59,103 nt of DNA from a virus (Duplodnaviria; Caudoviricetes). Both the position numbers and the translations under genes were made by a program. The DNA is taken from IMG/VR virus record IMGVR_UViG_3300028588_000027, positions 1-59,103 of that record. One strand, 5' to 3'. The notes beneath the pieces were generated by a model. The model searched no databases and was not told where the DNA came from. It saw nothing but the letters and a program-made list of their open reading frames with translations. Below are positions 9,404-19,555 of the stretch, piece after piece (the stretch's first letter is position 1; every line of letters begins with the position of its first letter).

Positions 9404-11445
9404 CGGGAAAGCCTTCTAATGGAAAAGTGAATCAACATGCCCTGCAGGACATGCCCTAAGTCGATGGCCGAGACGGTGTAAAACAGCAGGGACATATTCA
9501 GTCCGGTGCCTTCGATGCTGAATTCGGGCGCCGTCACCAGCTGCGCGTCGAAGAAAAATTCGTCCCAATTGTCGACGTCCCAATAGCCGCCCTGGCCGGT
9601 CGTCTGGCCCGACTGCAGGCGGTGCGTGCCGATGTCCGGATCGCCGAACGAGAATTCGGGCTGGAAGCGCACCGTCGTGTAGCCCTTGGAGCTCAGGTCC
9701 ATGACAGCCTTGCGGAACCGCTTGCGGTACCGCGGGCTGCTGATGTTGTTGAACGGCATGCGCAGCAGCGCCTCGATTGGCTCGCCGTCGAAGCTGCTGC
9801 CGGCGTCGGCCTGGTAGACCATGCCGTTGTCGGCGCCGAAGAACACGGCATCGTTGCCGGCGGCGTCCTCGCAGGTGGCGAAGCATGTCGGCTTGATCGG
9901 GTATTGCCCCATGGTGAAGCCGAGCGTTCCGCCGTCGCTCATGCCCAGCATGAGGATGCTGCCGTCGGTACCGAACAGCCGGTACTGGTTGCGGTTGCGG
10001 TAGACGGTCGAGCCGGCAACGTGCTTGCGCATCATTTCGACAGCCGGCTGGATGGCGGCGCTGATGGTCGCCTGCAGGAAGTTACCGTAGGCCTGCGTGC
10101 GATCGGTCGACACCACGCCGCGGTCATCCAGCGCCAGCGTCTTGCCGACGGTCTGCACCGTGTACGGCATGGCGCCGGATTCGGCCGAGATAGGCAGCAG
10201 CGAAAAGCTGTTGCTGGTGTTGCCGTTCAGCTGCCAGCTGGAATTCCTGGTGAAGATGGCCAGCGTATCGCCGGCCTGGATGGCCATGCCGGTGATGTCG
10301 TCGCCCATGCCGATTTCGTTGGCGCCCACCAGCACAGTCCACTGGTAGGGCAGGCCGTCGCCGGAATACTGGACGGAGCCGCCGAACGCCAGGAACAGCT
10401 TTTTCTTGTGCACCGTGATGAACTTCGGTGCGTCGATGGCCATGCCGGTGCTGATTGGCACGAACGTGGCGCCGTCGAACTCGAACGCGCGGTTCACGCC
10501 GTCACAGCCGTACATGCGCCTGGTGGCGGTGGAGCCGGTGAAGTTGGACGACACGAACTCATACCGGCCGCCAGGCTGCAGCACGATCTGCGAGTGCCCA
10601 CCCTTGAGCGTGATCGCCTGGCCGCCGACGGTGGCGGCGCCTGCAGCGAAGTTGCCGCCGGCGCGGTTGGCCAGCACCAGGCGCCCGGCGTTCACGTTGC
10701 CCTGCAGGGCGCCCGTCTGCAGCACTACGCGGCGGATTGTCGCGGTCACGGCGCCTTGCGTGAGCGTCGCGCCGTCGAGCAGGTTCAGGCCGCCATTCTC
10801 GAAGACGATTTCCTCGGGCATGGCGACAAGTGCCCAGCCTACGGCGGTCGCCTTCCACATGACGCATGCGGTCTTGGCCACGTTGTCGCGGAAGGCGTAC
10901 AGCACGCCGGCGTGCATCCACACGCCGCGCACCGGGCCAGAGCCAGGCACGGCGCCGATGTCAGCCCGGTACAGGTCTGCAGCTGCAGCCAGGGCCATCG
11001 AATCGCCGTAGGCGTCGCGGCATCCTCGAGGCGATGGCGTCGTGTTCAGGGCGGCCTTGGCCACGCCGGCGACGCGCAGCTGGTCCGCCTGGTTGAACTC
11101 GCCGGCCACCTTCGAGACGCAAACGCCCTTGTAGCGCGCGTCCAGGTAGACCACGACGCCGCTGGCGCCGGACACCGAGCCCGTCACCAGCTGGCCGGGC
11201 GCCAGGTCGCTGTAGCCGTCCGTCTGCAGGTAGGTGTAGCTGGCGGCCGATGGCTGCGGCCGGCCGTCGGCGCGCTCGAAGCCGTCGATGCGCTTATAGC
11301 CACCGTTCAGGCCGGGCTCGTAGTTCACGGCCGACAGGGCGCAGCCTGGCGCAATGGCCATGACAGGCGTTGTCATGTCGACGCCGCCCCCGAACTTGGT
11401 GTACTGCGTTTCGATGGCCGTGCTGGGAAGGCGAATTTGTCTCAT
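9400..11445 (-). CDS. Tail tubular/nozzle (stabilisation) protein
   Basis: Start MRQIRL with GGAG SD; beta-rich 681 aa; RKRFRKA and YWDVDNWDEFFFD C-terminal motifs; follows the adaptor. Confidence 0.7.
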   Translation of the reverse strand: MRQIRLPSTAIETQYTKFGGGVDMTTPVMAIAPGCALSAVNYEPGLNGGYKRIDGFERADGRPQPSAASYTYLQTDGYSDLAPGQLVTGSVSGASGVVVYLDARYKGVCVSKVAGEFNQADQLRVAGVAKAALNTTPSPRGCRDAYGDSMALAAAADLYRADIGAVPGSGPVRGVWMHAGVLYAFRDNVAKTACVMWKATAVGWALVAMPEEIVFENGGLNLLDGATLTQGAVTATIRRVVLQTGALQGNVNAGRLVLANRAGGNFAAGAATVGGQAITLKGGHSQIVLQPGGRYEFVSSNFTGSTATRRMYGCDGVNRAFEFDGATFVPISTGMAIDAPKFITVHKKKLFLAFGGSVQYSGDGLPYQWTVLVGANEIGMGDDITGMAIQAGDTLAIFTRNSSWQLNGNTSNSFSLLPISAESGAMPYTVQTVGKTLALDDRGVVSTDRTQAYGNFLQATISAAIQPAVEMMRKHVAGSTVYRNRNQYRLFGTDGSILMLGMSDGGTLGFTMGQYPIKPTCFATCEDAAGNDAVFFGADNGMVYQADAGSSFDGEPIEALLRMPFNNISSPRYRKRFRKAVMDLSSKGYTTVRFQPEFSFGDPDIGTHRLQSGQTTGQGGYWDVDNWDEFFFDAQLVTAPEFSIEGTGLNMSLLFYTVSAIDLGHVLQGMLIHFSIRRLSR

Positions 11446-12119
11446 GCCATAGCTCCACAGGTACCGAACTCGGGCAGGTAGACGTTTTCCATCTGCTCGA
11501 GCATGCGGGCGTAGTTGGTCTGTGCCGAGGCGAACAGGCCGGCGTCGCCCTCGAAGGCGGCGTACAGCATCAGCGCGCGGTGCACCACGATCCGATGCCA
11601 GCGCATGGCAAACACTGGTACGTCCGTGTTGGTGGCCAGGTCGGCCGGCTGGCTCAACTGCTCGCCGTGGATGGTGTACGGCTTGTCTGGCAGCGGCCAC
11701 AGCAGCAGCGTCTGGCCCGGCCCTTCGGCGATCGCCAGTGGGCGGCCGGTCAACTCGCCTTGCGCGCCGAACAGGCAGGCCCGGCGAAAGCGGTCGTATT
11801 CCATGTAGCGCAGCGGCTGTTCGTCGCGCGCGCCAACGGCCGCATCGAAGCACGACCACGTACCATTGAAGCGCCATTCGCCGAAGTCGGCCACGCCTGC
11901 AGCTGCAGCGGTATAGCTGCGGCTACCGACGTTGGCCAGGAAAGCGACGTCGGCGCGCAGGAAGGTCCAGTCGCTGTGTGCGTTCAGCACTTCGCGGTAG
12001 CCTTCAATGATCCAGTTGACCACGCGCAGCGCCTCGCCGGCCTGGTCGGTGACAGAGGGGATGGAGCCGGAAATGCCGGCCTCGCGCGCAAGCGCTTTGC
12101 AGAGGTCGAGGAAGTTCAT
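11442..12119 (-). CDS. Head-tail adaptor protein
   Basis: MNFLDLCKALAREAG, WTFLR, LLWPLPD and HRIVVHRA motifs of podovirus adaptors. Confidence 0.75.
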   Translation of the reverse strand: MNFLDLCKALAREAGISGSIPSVTDQAGEALRVVNWIIEGYREVLNAHSDWTFLRADVAFLANVGSRSYTAAAAGVADFGEWRFNGTWSCFDAAVGARDEQPLRYMEYDRFRRACLFGAQGELTGRPLAIAEGPGQTLLLWPLPDKPYTIHGEQLSQPADLATNTDVPVFAMRWHRIVVHRALMLYAAFEGDAGLFASAQTNYARMLEQMENVYLPEFGTCGAMA

Positions 12120-12122
12120 GCG

Positions 12123-12659
12123 TTACGCTTCCGCCAGGACGCGCTGCAGCCAGGCCTTGCCGGCTGGGTTCTTGTCGCGCATGTCGAACGGGTACAGCAG
12201 GCCGGCCGTGGTGCGGATCGAAGTGGTACGGCCGCCGTCGCCGTCGTCAATTTCCGGGGTGGCCACGCTGAACGGCTTCGAGCGCGCCAGCACTTCGACA
12301 TACTTGCGCTTGGCGATCGTCCATTCGCCGCGCACGAAGCGCTGCGGCGTGCCATCGTTGAACACGTTGATGACTTTTTCAGCGTTCTTTTCGTTGCTAT
12401 CGAAGATGAAGACCAGCACCTTCTCGTCCATGAAGGCCAGTTCTTCCACCGTGCTGCGGAAGTCCGGGGAGCTGATGTCGATAGTGCCGGGCTTGTTCAG
12501 CGAGTCGCGCAGTTCTTCCAGGGTCATTTCCGAGCCGAGGGAAATTTCGCGGTCGTTCGAGTCGTCCAGTTCGTGGGCTTCTGCCAGGGTCGTGCCGGTC
12601 AGGGAATCGTTAGGGACCACAGGGGTGCGGGAACGGTTTGCATTGCGGTTGTTGGACAT
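12123..12659 (-). CDS. Conserved phage head-module hypothetical protein
   Basis: ELAFMDEKV...RG...KRKYVEVLARSK...YPF...D.NP.G.AWL pattern; GGAG SD. Confidence 0.7.
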   Translation of the reverse strand: MSNNRNANRSRTPVVPNDSLTGTTLAEAHELDDSNDREISLGSEMTLEELRDSLNKPGTIDISSPDFRSTVEELAFMDEKVLVFIFDSNEKNAEKVINVFNDGTPQRFVRGEWTIAKRKYVEVLARSKPFSVATPEIDDGDGGRTTSIRTTAGLLYPFDMRDKNPAGKAWLQRVLAEA

Positions 12660-12672
12660 CGTTTTATCTCCA

Positions 12673-12702
12673 AGAAAAGGAAAGGGCGCCCGAAGGCGCC
12701 CC
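12673..12702 (-). terminator. Rho-independent terminator
   Basis: Minus strand GGGCGCC-TTCG-GGCGCCC followed by TTTCCTTTTC, after the 12734-13216 gene. Confidence 0.65.
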
Positions 12703-12733
12703 TGGTGCTGCTACTGGTTGGGTTGGGGTTGCG

Positions 12734-13216
12734 TTACGCCAGCTGCGGGCGCGATGGCAGGCTGATGACGTCGGTGACGGTGTGCGTCAGGCCGGCCGTG
12801 TTCCAGTTCGACACGCCGATGGTGAACGTGCCGGCCAGGTTCGCCGCGGCCTTGTGGATCGTGTACGCGAAGGGCGTCAGCGTGTCCGGGATGAACGGGA
12901 ACAGCGGGTAGCTGGTCACGAAGTCGCCGCTGCTCATCGTTTCGACCGAGCCGGCCACCAGGCGCACGTTGCCGCCGGCGTCGACGCACCACACGATCAC
13001 CATGCCCTGATTGGCCACCAGGGCCATCGGCTTGCCGGTCACGAAGTCCAGGGTAGGAGTGACGCCGCCGGCGATGGCCGCGCGCGAGATTGCCTTGCCC
13101 AAGATGGAGGCGACGATTGCCGAGCCGGTGGCGAAGGTGGTAGCCGCGCCGGACAGGCCAGTGAGGCCGGCTTTAACGAGGCACAGGGTCAGGCCGAAGA
13201 TGCGGGATGCTTGCAT
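12734..13216 (-). CDS. Capsid decoration/cement protein candidate
   Basis: Small beta-rich Ala/Gly/Thr protein immediately after the MCP, followed by a terminator. Confidence 0.55.
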   Translation of the reverse strand: MQASRIFGLTLCLVKAGLTGLSGAATTFATGSAIVASILGKAISRAAIAGGVTPTLDFVTGKPMALVANQGMVIVWCVDAGGNVRLVAGSVETMSSGDFVTSYPLFPFIPDTLTPFAYTIHKAAANLAGTFTIGVSNWNTAGLTHTVTDVISLPSRPQLA

Positions 13217-13293
13217 GATTGATTGCTTTCTTGAAATGGGTTTGGATCAGCACCAGGCTTGCGGCCTGGCGCTGGGTTCAGTTCAGCGGCCGA

Positions 13294-14322
13294 TTACAGC
13301 GCGCTGACGCCGACTTCTGCGACCGCCATCCAGCCGTGGTTCAGCACGTTGGCGGTGAAGTAGTTGGTGGCGCCGATGTAACCACGCTGGCCGAGTGGGT
13401 CGTTCTTGTCCTTCTTGCCAGGCGGGATGTAGGTGACGTCGATGGAGTCTTTGCCGCGCAGGGCAACCTGGCCCCATGCGTCCTGGCCGCACACGATCAG
13501 CGGGTAGACGTCGACGTTGACGCCGCCGATCGAGCTCAGGCCGGTGGCGCCCACAGGTGCGCCGGCGCCAGGGATCGACTGCAGCTCAGGCGACAGGATG
13601 AAGCGGAACGATTCGGCCGAGCCGAGTTCCATTTCGTGGGCCAGTTTGCGCTGGCCGTAGTTCGCGGTCGGGGTGAAGCCCGGCAGGTCACGAATGTCCT
13701 GTTCGGTATCGGTGTGCGCGAACACCAGGAAGGCCTGTTCGATTGCCTTGGTCGAGATCATCGCCGACGGCGCCAGCACGCCGGTGATGAACTTGGCGTG
13801 GTTGGCGCGCAGCGCGCGGGTCATCTTGCGCAGCAGCGGCAGGGTGACTTTGCCGGCCACGGTCGAACGGCTGGTACCGTTGGCGTAGAACTTGTTGGTG
13901 CAGGCCTTGACGGCGCCGTAGCGGACCATTTCGCGGACCAGGCCGAGGCGTTCGCCGGTCTGCTTTTTCATCTCGTCCACGATGTCGTCGCCGTCTTCGT
14001 GCAGGTCGACCATCTGATTCGTCAGCGCGTACAGCACCGCGTATTCGCTCAGGGTCTGTTCGACGTCCTGCGGGGTCAGGGTGTCGGCCGCCGGCGTGAC
14101 GCCTTCGGTGGTGATGTGCGCGAAGGCGTCCACGGTCCACTGGTTCGGGTTCTGCTGGGTCGAGCCATATGGCAGGTAGCGGCGGAAAACGACGGTCTTG
14201 CCGACGTTCTTCGGCTGCTGGCGCTGCTGGCCAGTGATGCCCAGCACTTCGACAGCGGTGGCGTGCGCCAGGATTTCGCCTTTCAGCTTGTTAATCCGGG
14301 CTGGGGTGTTGTAAGTCTGCAT
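13294..14322 (-). CDS. Major capsid protein, N4-gp56 family
   Basis: FRRY, EGVTP, HTD...DIRDLPGF, ELG..E.FRFI.SP, DVYP and DPLGQRGYIG motifs; follows the scaffold. Confidence 0.9.
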   Translation of the reverse strand: MQTYNTPARINKLKGEILAHATAVEVLGITGQQRQQPKNVGKTVVFRRYLPYGSTQQNPNQWTVDAFAHITTEGVTPAADTLTPQDVEQTLSEYAVLYALTNQMVDLHEDGDDIVDEMKKQTGERLGLVREMVRYGAVKACTNKFYANGTSRSTVAGKVTLPLLRKMTRALRANHAKFITGVLAPSAMISTKAIEQAFLVFAHTDTEQDIRDLPGFTPTANYGQRKLAHEMELGSAESFRFILSPELQSIPGAGAPVGATGLSSIGGVNVDVYPLIVCGQDAWGQVALRGKDSIDVTYIPPGKKDKNDPLGQRGYIGATNYFTANVLNHGWMAVAEVGVSAL

Positions 14323-14352
14323 GTTGTTACCTTATAGAAAGAGAGGAAATTG

Positions 14353-15366
14353 TTACGTGCGGCCGTTGACTTTGTTAAAGCCAGCCATGAATGCCGCGTC
14401 TTCATCGACTGCGTGCTGCCCGGTCGGGCGTCCGCTGGTGGGCGGTACCGCGTCGGCCAGGCGCTTGTCGCGTTCCTTGCTTGCGCTTGCCGCGGCCTGG
14501 CGGTCGGCCAGGTGCTTCTTGAAGTCGGCGAATGCGTCGGTCAGTACCGACGAATCCCACGACGTCGCCAGCAGCTGCTTCGCCTGCTCAGGCAGGCCTT
14601 GGCGCCATTGGGCGAACTCGGGCGTGCGCACCATGTCACGCCAGTCCGGGTGGTTCTTGTCCACCACAGTCGCGTGCAGCTGGCGCTGTACGGTTTCCTG
14701 CTGCTGCAGGCGTTCCTGCACGCGCGGGTCGGTGAACGGGTCATCCTGGCCAGCATCGGCGCCCGGCGCTGCTGCGCCACTTGCTCCTGCATCCTGGTCG
14801 ACCTGATCGCCCGCCGGCTGTTGTTCCGCGCCGGCGCCGGTGGCGTCAGCGAGGTCTTGCACCAACAGGTTCGCCAGCTCGGGGAATTCCGCCTGCAGCC
14901 TGGTCAGCTGCTTGACGGAGAAGCCCGGGCCGGCCTTCGAGGCTTGCGCCTTGAAGCCTTCGACCATCTGCTGCAGGTTGCCCAAGCGGCCGGCGGTCTT
15001 GTCCCGCGTGGTCCGCAATTCATCCTGCAGCGCCGTTACCTGCTCGGCGGCCTGCATGATGCGATTGAAGTCCTTGCGCGACACCGATACCGGCGCGTCG
15101 TCTTCGGCTGCTGCAGCAGCTGCAACGGCTGCGGCTTGGGCGGCGGCGTCTGCCTCCGCTGCGGCTGCGGCTGCTGCTGGGTCAACGTTCGGCTTCGCGT
15201 CGTCCAGTTCGAGCGCCTGGCTCGCGTCGTTCTTGTCGGTCGGTCCCTCGGCGTGTGCATTGCTGCGCGCGCTGTTGAAGGCGGCCTCGAAGTCCGCATT
15301 GCCCTGCTCATCGTCCTGGTTCAGCTCTACCTGGTCGTTGTCCTGGTCATCCTGTTCAAGTGACAT
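14353..15366 (-). CDS. Capsid scaffolding protein
   Basis: Acidic, Ala-rich, coiled coil, HPDW...EF..W motif; between portal and MCP. Confidence 0.7.
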   Translation of the reverse strand: MSLEQDDQDNDQVELNQDDEQGNADFEAAFNSARSNAHAEGPTDKNDASQALELDDAKPNVDPAAAAAAAEADAAAQAAAVAAAAAAEDDAPVSVSRKDFNRIMQAAEQVTALQDELRTTRDKTAGRLGNLQQMVEGFKAQASKAGPGFSVKQLTRLQAEFPELANLLVQDLADATGAGAEQQPAGDQVDQDAGASGAAAPGADAGQDDPFTDPRVQERLQQQETVQRQLHATVVDKNHPDWRDMVRTPEFAQWRQGLPEQAKQLLATSWDSSVLTDAFADFKKHLADRQAAASASKERDKRLADAVPPTSGRPTGQHAVDEDAAFMAGFNKVNGRT

Positions 15367-15383
15367 TGGTATTTCTCCACAAA

Positions 15384-15406
15384 CAAAAAAACCGCCGTGA
15401 GGCGGT
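15384..15406 (-). terminator. Rho-independent terminator/attenuator before the scaffold gene
   Basis: Minus strand ACCGCC-TCAC-GGCGGT followed by a T tract. Confidence 0.65.
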
Positions 15407-15443
15407 CAATACGACAAGGGCCGTCGGTCCCTGTCACTGGTTG

Positions 15444-15653
15444 CTAGTCCTGGCTATCGCCAGCGGCCAGCAAATGCTTAATTTCTGCGATCCGGCCGCG
15501 CACATCGGCGGTATCGGTCGGGTCAAGGTTGCCGTCGTTTTGCCGGCGCAGCAGGTCAAGGCGCGCCTGCAGGTGCGTGCGCATCTTCATCCACATGCCG
15601 CTGACCAGCTCGGCGTCGGTCAGCTTGAGGTCGCGGGGGTTTCCGTCGCTCAT
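15444..15653 (-). CDS. Small conserved protein downstream of portal
   Basis: W......L..RL..LR.QND...T..VRGRIAEIK pattern; ATGA overlap with the portal stop. Confidence 0.7.
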   Translation of the reverse strand: MSDGNPRDLKLTDAELVSGMWMKMRTHLQARLDLLRRQNDGNLDPTDTADVRGRIAEIKHLLAAGDSQD

Positions 15654-18001
15654 GCCTGGTATGCCTCGCCTTTCTCAGCACGCCCGGCCGGCTCGGTCGG
15701 TGGTGCGCTCACTTGTGGGCTGGCGCCCTTTCCGCCGGCGGTGGCCAGCGACAAGCGTTCTTGCGCCTGCAGCTTCATGGCCGTTTGCGCCAGCTGCGAC
15801 TTGACCTGCTCGAGCGTCAGCTGGTGCTTGCTTGCGTATTCCAGCTGCGCCAGCTGCAGGCGCATGTCCAGCTCGCGCTGCTGGCCTTCCTGGAAGATGC
15901 CTTCGCGGTCGGTATCGGCGGCGATCTTCTTCTCGGCCGTCTGCGCCTTCAGCTGCTCGCGCTCCATGGCCGCCTTCGCGGCGATGTTGGCCGCCTCGAT
16001 GCGTGGGTCGGCCGGTGGCGGCGCGTTCTTCTGCGCTTCCAGCAGCTTTGCCCATTCCTCGGGCGTGTACTGGAACCGGGCCGGGTCCAGGCGCTGGGCC
16101 TTGAGTGCTTCCACGATCCACTTGGCCGGGTCCAGCTTGAAAGCCGGGTCGTGGATCAGCGGCGCCATGGCCAGGATTGCCTGGTTCTGTGCGTCGCGCT
16201 CGAACAGGGCGCCAGAGCCGCGCGCCACGATCTTGAATTCACCCTTCTCGTCGTCGGCGCCGTACAGCAGCAGCCACTCGTAATAGCGGGTCAGGTGCGG
16301 CGTGGTGATGCGGTCGTCGTACTGCTTGGCGATCGCGCGCAGCGGCGTGTTGCTGTTGTTCGTCAGGATCGTCATGCCGCCCACGGTGTCCGTGGCCTGG
16401 CCTTGCTGGCCCTGCAGCAGCATCGGCAGGCCGGTGACGTCTTCGGCCATCTTGAGCGCCGCCTGCACGATCGACATAAGCTCGGCGGTCATCATCGGGA
16501 TGACGACGCTGGCCATGGCCTTGCTGACGTCATCAACCTTGGCGTCGGCGATCAGCTTCCACATCTTGCGCGGGCGCAGGTTGTAGTCGTCGTCCTTGCC
16601 CAGCGGCTTGACGATGCCGTCCATGATGATGATTTGCGGGCCTGCAGCCAGGCCGGCGTTGTCCATCATGTTGCGCCAGGCGCCGTTCAGGATGCGCTGC
16701 GCGGTGCGCACCTGGCGCGCCACGCCGATGCCGGCCCAATGGTCTTTGCGCGCCTGCCAGACCATGACGTCGTAGGGGAATCCGCCGGCGTCCAGGGTCG
16801 AGCGTGCCGCCTTGATGACGCGATCGTTGACCATCGTGATGACGACGGGAACAACCGAACCTTCTTCGACCGTCACGCCGGCCGCCGCCAAGTCTTCGGC
16901 GCTGGCCACGCCGTGGTAGTACCAGATTTCAAACTGCTCGGCGTCTGGCGCCTGGTAGTGGTGCGAACTGTCGAACTTGCGCTGTGCACCTTCGGCCAGG
17001 CACAGCTTGATGGTGTCCTCGAGGTACATCGGGTTGCCCTCGGTGTCGACGGTACCCAGCAGGTCGCGCAGCTGGCGCGCCGTGATGCGGTCGCGCTCCC
17101 ACACGAAGTTCCCGTTGTGAATGTCGTCGCCACAGGATGCGTCCGGGAAGAAATTCCAGTGGTCGATGGCCTTGGAGACGGGCGCCAGCTTGTTCTGCAG
17201 CTTCATCGTCAGGTTGCCGGCCTCGTCCTTTACCACGGCGCGAGACACGGACTTGCGCGGCGTCGGGCCTTTCAGGATCGACACGCCCACGCGGGCAGCG
17301 TCCTGGATGATCTTGCGCTGCTCGGCGTGGTACTGCGCCTCGCTGTGCCAGTCCTCGATGCGCTTGCGCGCCTTGTCGACCTTGGCTCCGGCTTCCTGCG
17401 CCATCATGCGCGCGGCCTGGCCGATCGTCGTCGGCGCACCTGGTGCGGCGTTCTGCAGCTGCAGCGGGCGGTCGTCGGTGAACGCGCCGATGATGTCAGG
17501 CACGATGGTGGAGCTGATGTCCCAATTGCGGTCATCCGTCGGCAGCAGCATGTCCGCCGCCCGGCCGGCCGAGAAGTCGACGTAGGGGCGCGTGATGTTG
17601 GCGAAGATGGTCGAGCCAGTGCCAACGGTGGCCTCTTCCTTGATCGAAGCGCCGCCCCGGCCGTTCAAGTCGCGCGGCTTGACCGTGTGCACGTTCTCGT
17701 GGCGGTTGGCGTCGTCAATGCCTTCATAGAATTCTTCATCCTCGCGCCAAATGTCCTCGATGCCCGAGCCGGCCCGGCCTTCGACTGCAGACTGGCGCTT
17801 CTTGGCCAGCGCCGCGGCTAAGGCGTCCAGCTTGGCCTGCTTGTGTTCGGCTTCCTGCAGGCGCTGCGCGGCGGCTTCCTCGTCCTCGAACGGGTCTTCC
17901 GTGTCCAGCTGGTCCAGGGCGCCGGGCGCTTCCTGTTCGCGCTTGGCCTGGTCGGCAGCAGCGCGCAGCGCCTGGCGGCGCCGTGCCTTCTGTTTGTCCA
18001 T
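15650..18001 (-). CDS. Portal protein
   Basis: 783 aa directly after TerL; NITRP, FFPD, FPYD and TVGGM motifs; C-terminal coiled-coil barrel. Confidence 0.85.
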   Translation of the reverse strand: MDKQKARRRQALRAAADQAKREQEAPGALDQLDTEDPFEDEEAAAQRLQEAEHKQAKLDALAAALAKKRQSAVEGRAGSGIEDIWREDEEFYEGIDDANRHENVHTVKPRDLNGRGGASIKEEATVGTGSTIFANITRPYVDFSAGRAADMLLPTDDRNWDISSTIVPDIIGAFTDDRPLQLQNAAPGAPTTIGQAARMMAQEAGAKVDKARKRIEDWHSEAQYHAEQRKIIQDAARVGVSILKGPTPRKSVSRAVVKDEAGNLTMKLQNKLAPVSKAIDHWNFFPDASCGDDIHNGNFVWERDRITARQLRDLLGTVDTEGNPMYLEDTIKLCLAEGAQRKFDSSHHYQAPDAEQFEIWYYHGVASAEDLAAAGVTVEEGSVVPVVITMVNDRVIKAARSTLDAGGFPYDVMVWQARKDHWAGIGVARQVRTAQRILNGAWRNMMDNAGLAAGPQIIIMDGIVKPLGKDDDYNLRPRKMWKLIADAKVDDVSKAMASVVIPMMTAELMSIVQAALKMAEDVTGLPMLLQGQQGQATDTVGGMTILTNNSNTPLRAIAKQYDDRITTPHLTRYYEWLLLYGADDEKGEFKIVARGSGALFERDAQNQAILAMAPLIHDPAFKLDPAKWIVEALKAQRLDPARFQYTPEEWAKLLEAQKNAPPPADPRIEAANIAAKAAMEREQLKAQTAEKKIAADTDREGIFQEGQQRELDMRLQLAQLEYASKHQLTLEQVKSQLAQTAMKLQAQERLSLATAGGKGASPQVSAPPTEPAGRAEKGEAYQA

Positions 18002-18013
18002 ACGGTTGTTTCC

Positions 18014-19555
18014 TTAATAGCCCACGCCGGCATCGTGCGGGCGGTGGGTGGTGACTACTGGCGCCGGGTCGCGGCTCACAGGCTGGACGTTCTCGGCAAA
18101 CGTCAGGGAAAGCGCGTCAGCGACGTCCGGAGACAGGCCGCCGCGCTTCTTGATCTTCTCTTTCGACTCGATGAGGATGCGGCTCTTGCTGTCGTAGGTG
18201 TAGCCGGGCTCCACGATGTCGGCCTGCAGGTCGTCGTCGTCTGGCACGCGCACCGGCTTGGCGGCAAACCAGTCACGCATGCGACACCACATTTCCGCGC
18301 GCTTGTTGTAGTACAGGTCGTCCTCGTCGGCGCTCTCGCTGCCCTGGACAGCCACCACGACATCGCCGTAGCCAAGTTCCTCGAGGCGGTCGTACACGCC
18401 CACGCCCAGGCCCACGATGTCGATGAACAGCTTCGTCGGCTTGTCGGTGTCGATGATCTTGGCCAGGATGCCGGCCACCTGCATCGTGTTCTTCTTGGCC
18501 AGCGTGCGAATCTTCGTCACCACGCGGCCACGACGCCAGATGATCGCCGTGCGGTCGTCGCCGTAGCGCGCCGGGTCGCAGCCGATCAGCAGCGGCGCCG
18601 ATACCGACGGCAGCAGCGTGCGTTCCTTGCGGGCTGCGACGATGTGCGGTACCGGGATCAGGGAATCGCGCTTGGCGCTGACGAATGCCTCGCTCGAGGT
18701 GTTCGGGTATTCCTGCTCGAAGCGGCTGGCGTCGCCCTTGAAGTCGTCGTCAATCTTCCGGCGCCGGAAATATAGCTGGCCGTCGTTCAGGCCGTGCAGG
18801 TGCGCCAGCTCGTCTTCCTCCACCGTGCGCTGAAAGTCGCGCGGCGGCGTCTTGGTGTATTCCTCCTGCCAGAACCACGGCACGAAGATGGCCAGGTAAT
18901 CAGACTGGCCACGCTCGGCCATGCGCCAGCGGGTGTGGAAGTCGCCGCCCACGCCGTTCGCCGTCGACTCGAGGAATACTTCGCTGTCGTCCATATCGGT
19001 AATCGCCTGCCCGAGACCGGGCCAAATCTTGTCCGGGTTCGGCCAGAAGCCGACTTCCGAGCCGTGGAAATACTGAATCGTGCCGCCGCGACCGACCTCG
19101 GCATTGCCGGCGGTGGCCACGCCATAGCGACTTTTCAGCTTCGAGAAGAACAGTTCCTTCGCGTTGGCCTTGCCGGCGACGGGCTTGCAAATCCTCGGCA
19201 GCTGTTCGTGAAACAGCTTCGTCATGTTGAACAGGCCGTCGGTCGAGTCCGCCAGGTGCGTCAGGATGAAGGCGCGCTTGCCCTTGTTCAGCGACGTCCG
19301 CCACATGAACCGGCCCTCCACGTAGGTGCTGATGCCTTGCTGCCGGCCTTTCAGCACCAGCACGCGAACCTTGCCGGTCTTGGCCAGCTGTTCCTCTACC
19401 TTTTCGTGCACGTACAGCTGCGCGCGGTTGAGCGTGAACGACTGGATCGTGCCTTTTTTGGTCAGCACCTTGAGGCAGCGCGACGAGTAGAGTGGGAAGT
19501 CCGCCTTAAGGACGTCAATCTTGCGATTCCGTTCTGCTCGCTCTGCTGGGGTCAT
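18014..19555 (-). CDS. terL: Terminase large subunit
   Basis: Walker A KGRQQGIST, FHGSEVGFW, ESTANG, nuclease IGCDPA..GDD and SPDVADA. Confidence 0.95.
   Translation of the reverse strand: MTPAERAERNRKIDVLKADFPLYSSRCLKVLTKKGTIQSFTLNRAQLYVHEKVEEQLAKTGKVRVLVLKGRQQGISTYVEGRFMWRTSLNKGKRAFILTHLADSTDGLFNMTKLFHEQLPRICKPVAGKANAKELFFSKLKSRYGVATAGNAEVGRGGTIQYFHGSEVGFWPNPDKIWPGLGQAITDMDDSEVFLESTANGVGGDFHTRWRMAERGQSDYLAIFVPWFWQEEYTKTPPRDFQRTVEEDELAHLHGLNDGQLYFRRRKIDDDFKGDASRFEQEYPNTSSEAFVSAKRDSLIPVPHIVAARKERTLLPSVSAPLLIGCDPARYGDDRTAIIWRRGRVVTKIRTLAKKNTMQVAGILAKIIDTDKPTKLFIDIVGLGVGVYDRLEELGYGDVVVAVQGSESADEDDLYYNKRAEMWCRMRDWFAAKPVRVPDDDDLQADIVEPGYTYDSKSRILIESKEKIKKRGGLSPDVADALSLTFAENVQPVSRDPAPVVTTHRPHDAGVGY

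Noticed and set aside
9400-11877. Extended ORF starts in the track (also 1724-3127, 4657-5352, 6069-7232, 33579-34781, 57808-59022)
   Set aside because: The extensions overlap upstream genes; internal ATGs with SD sites or stop-start coupling fit better.
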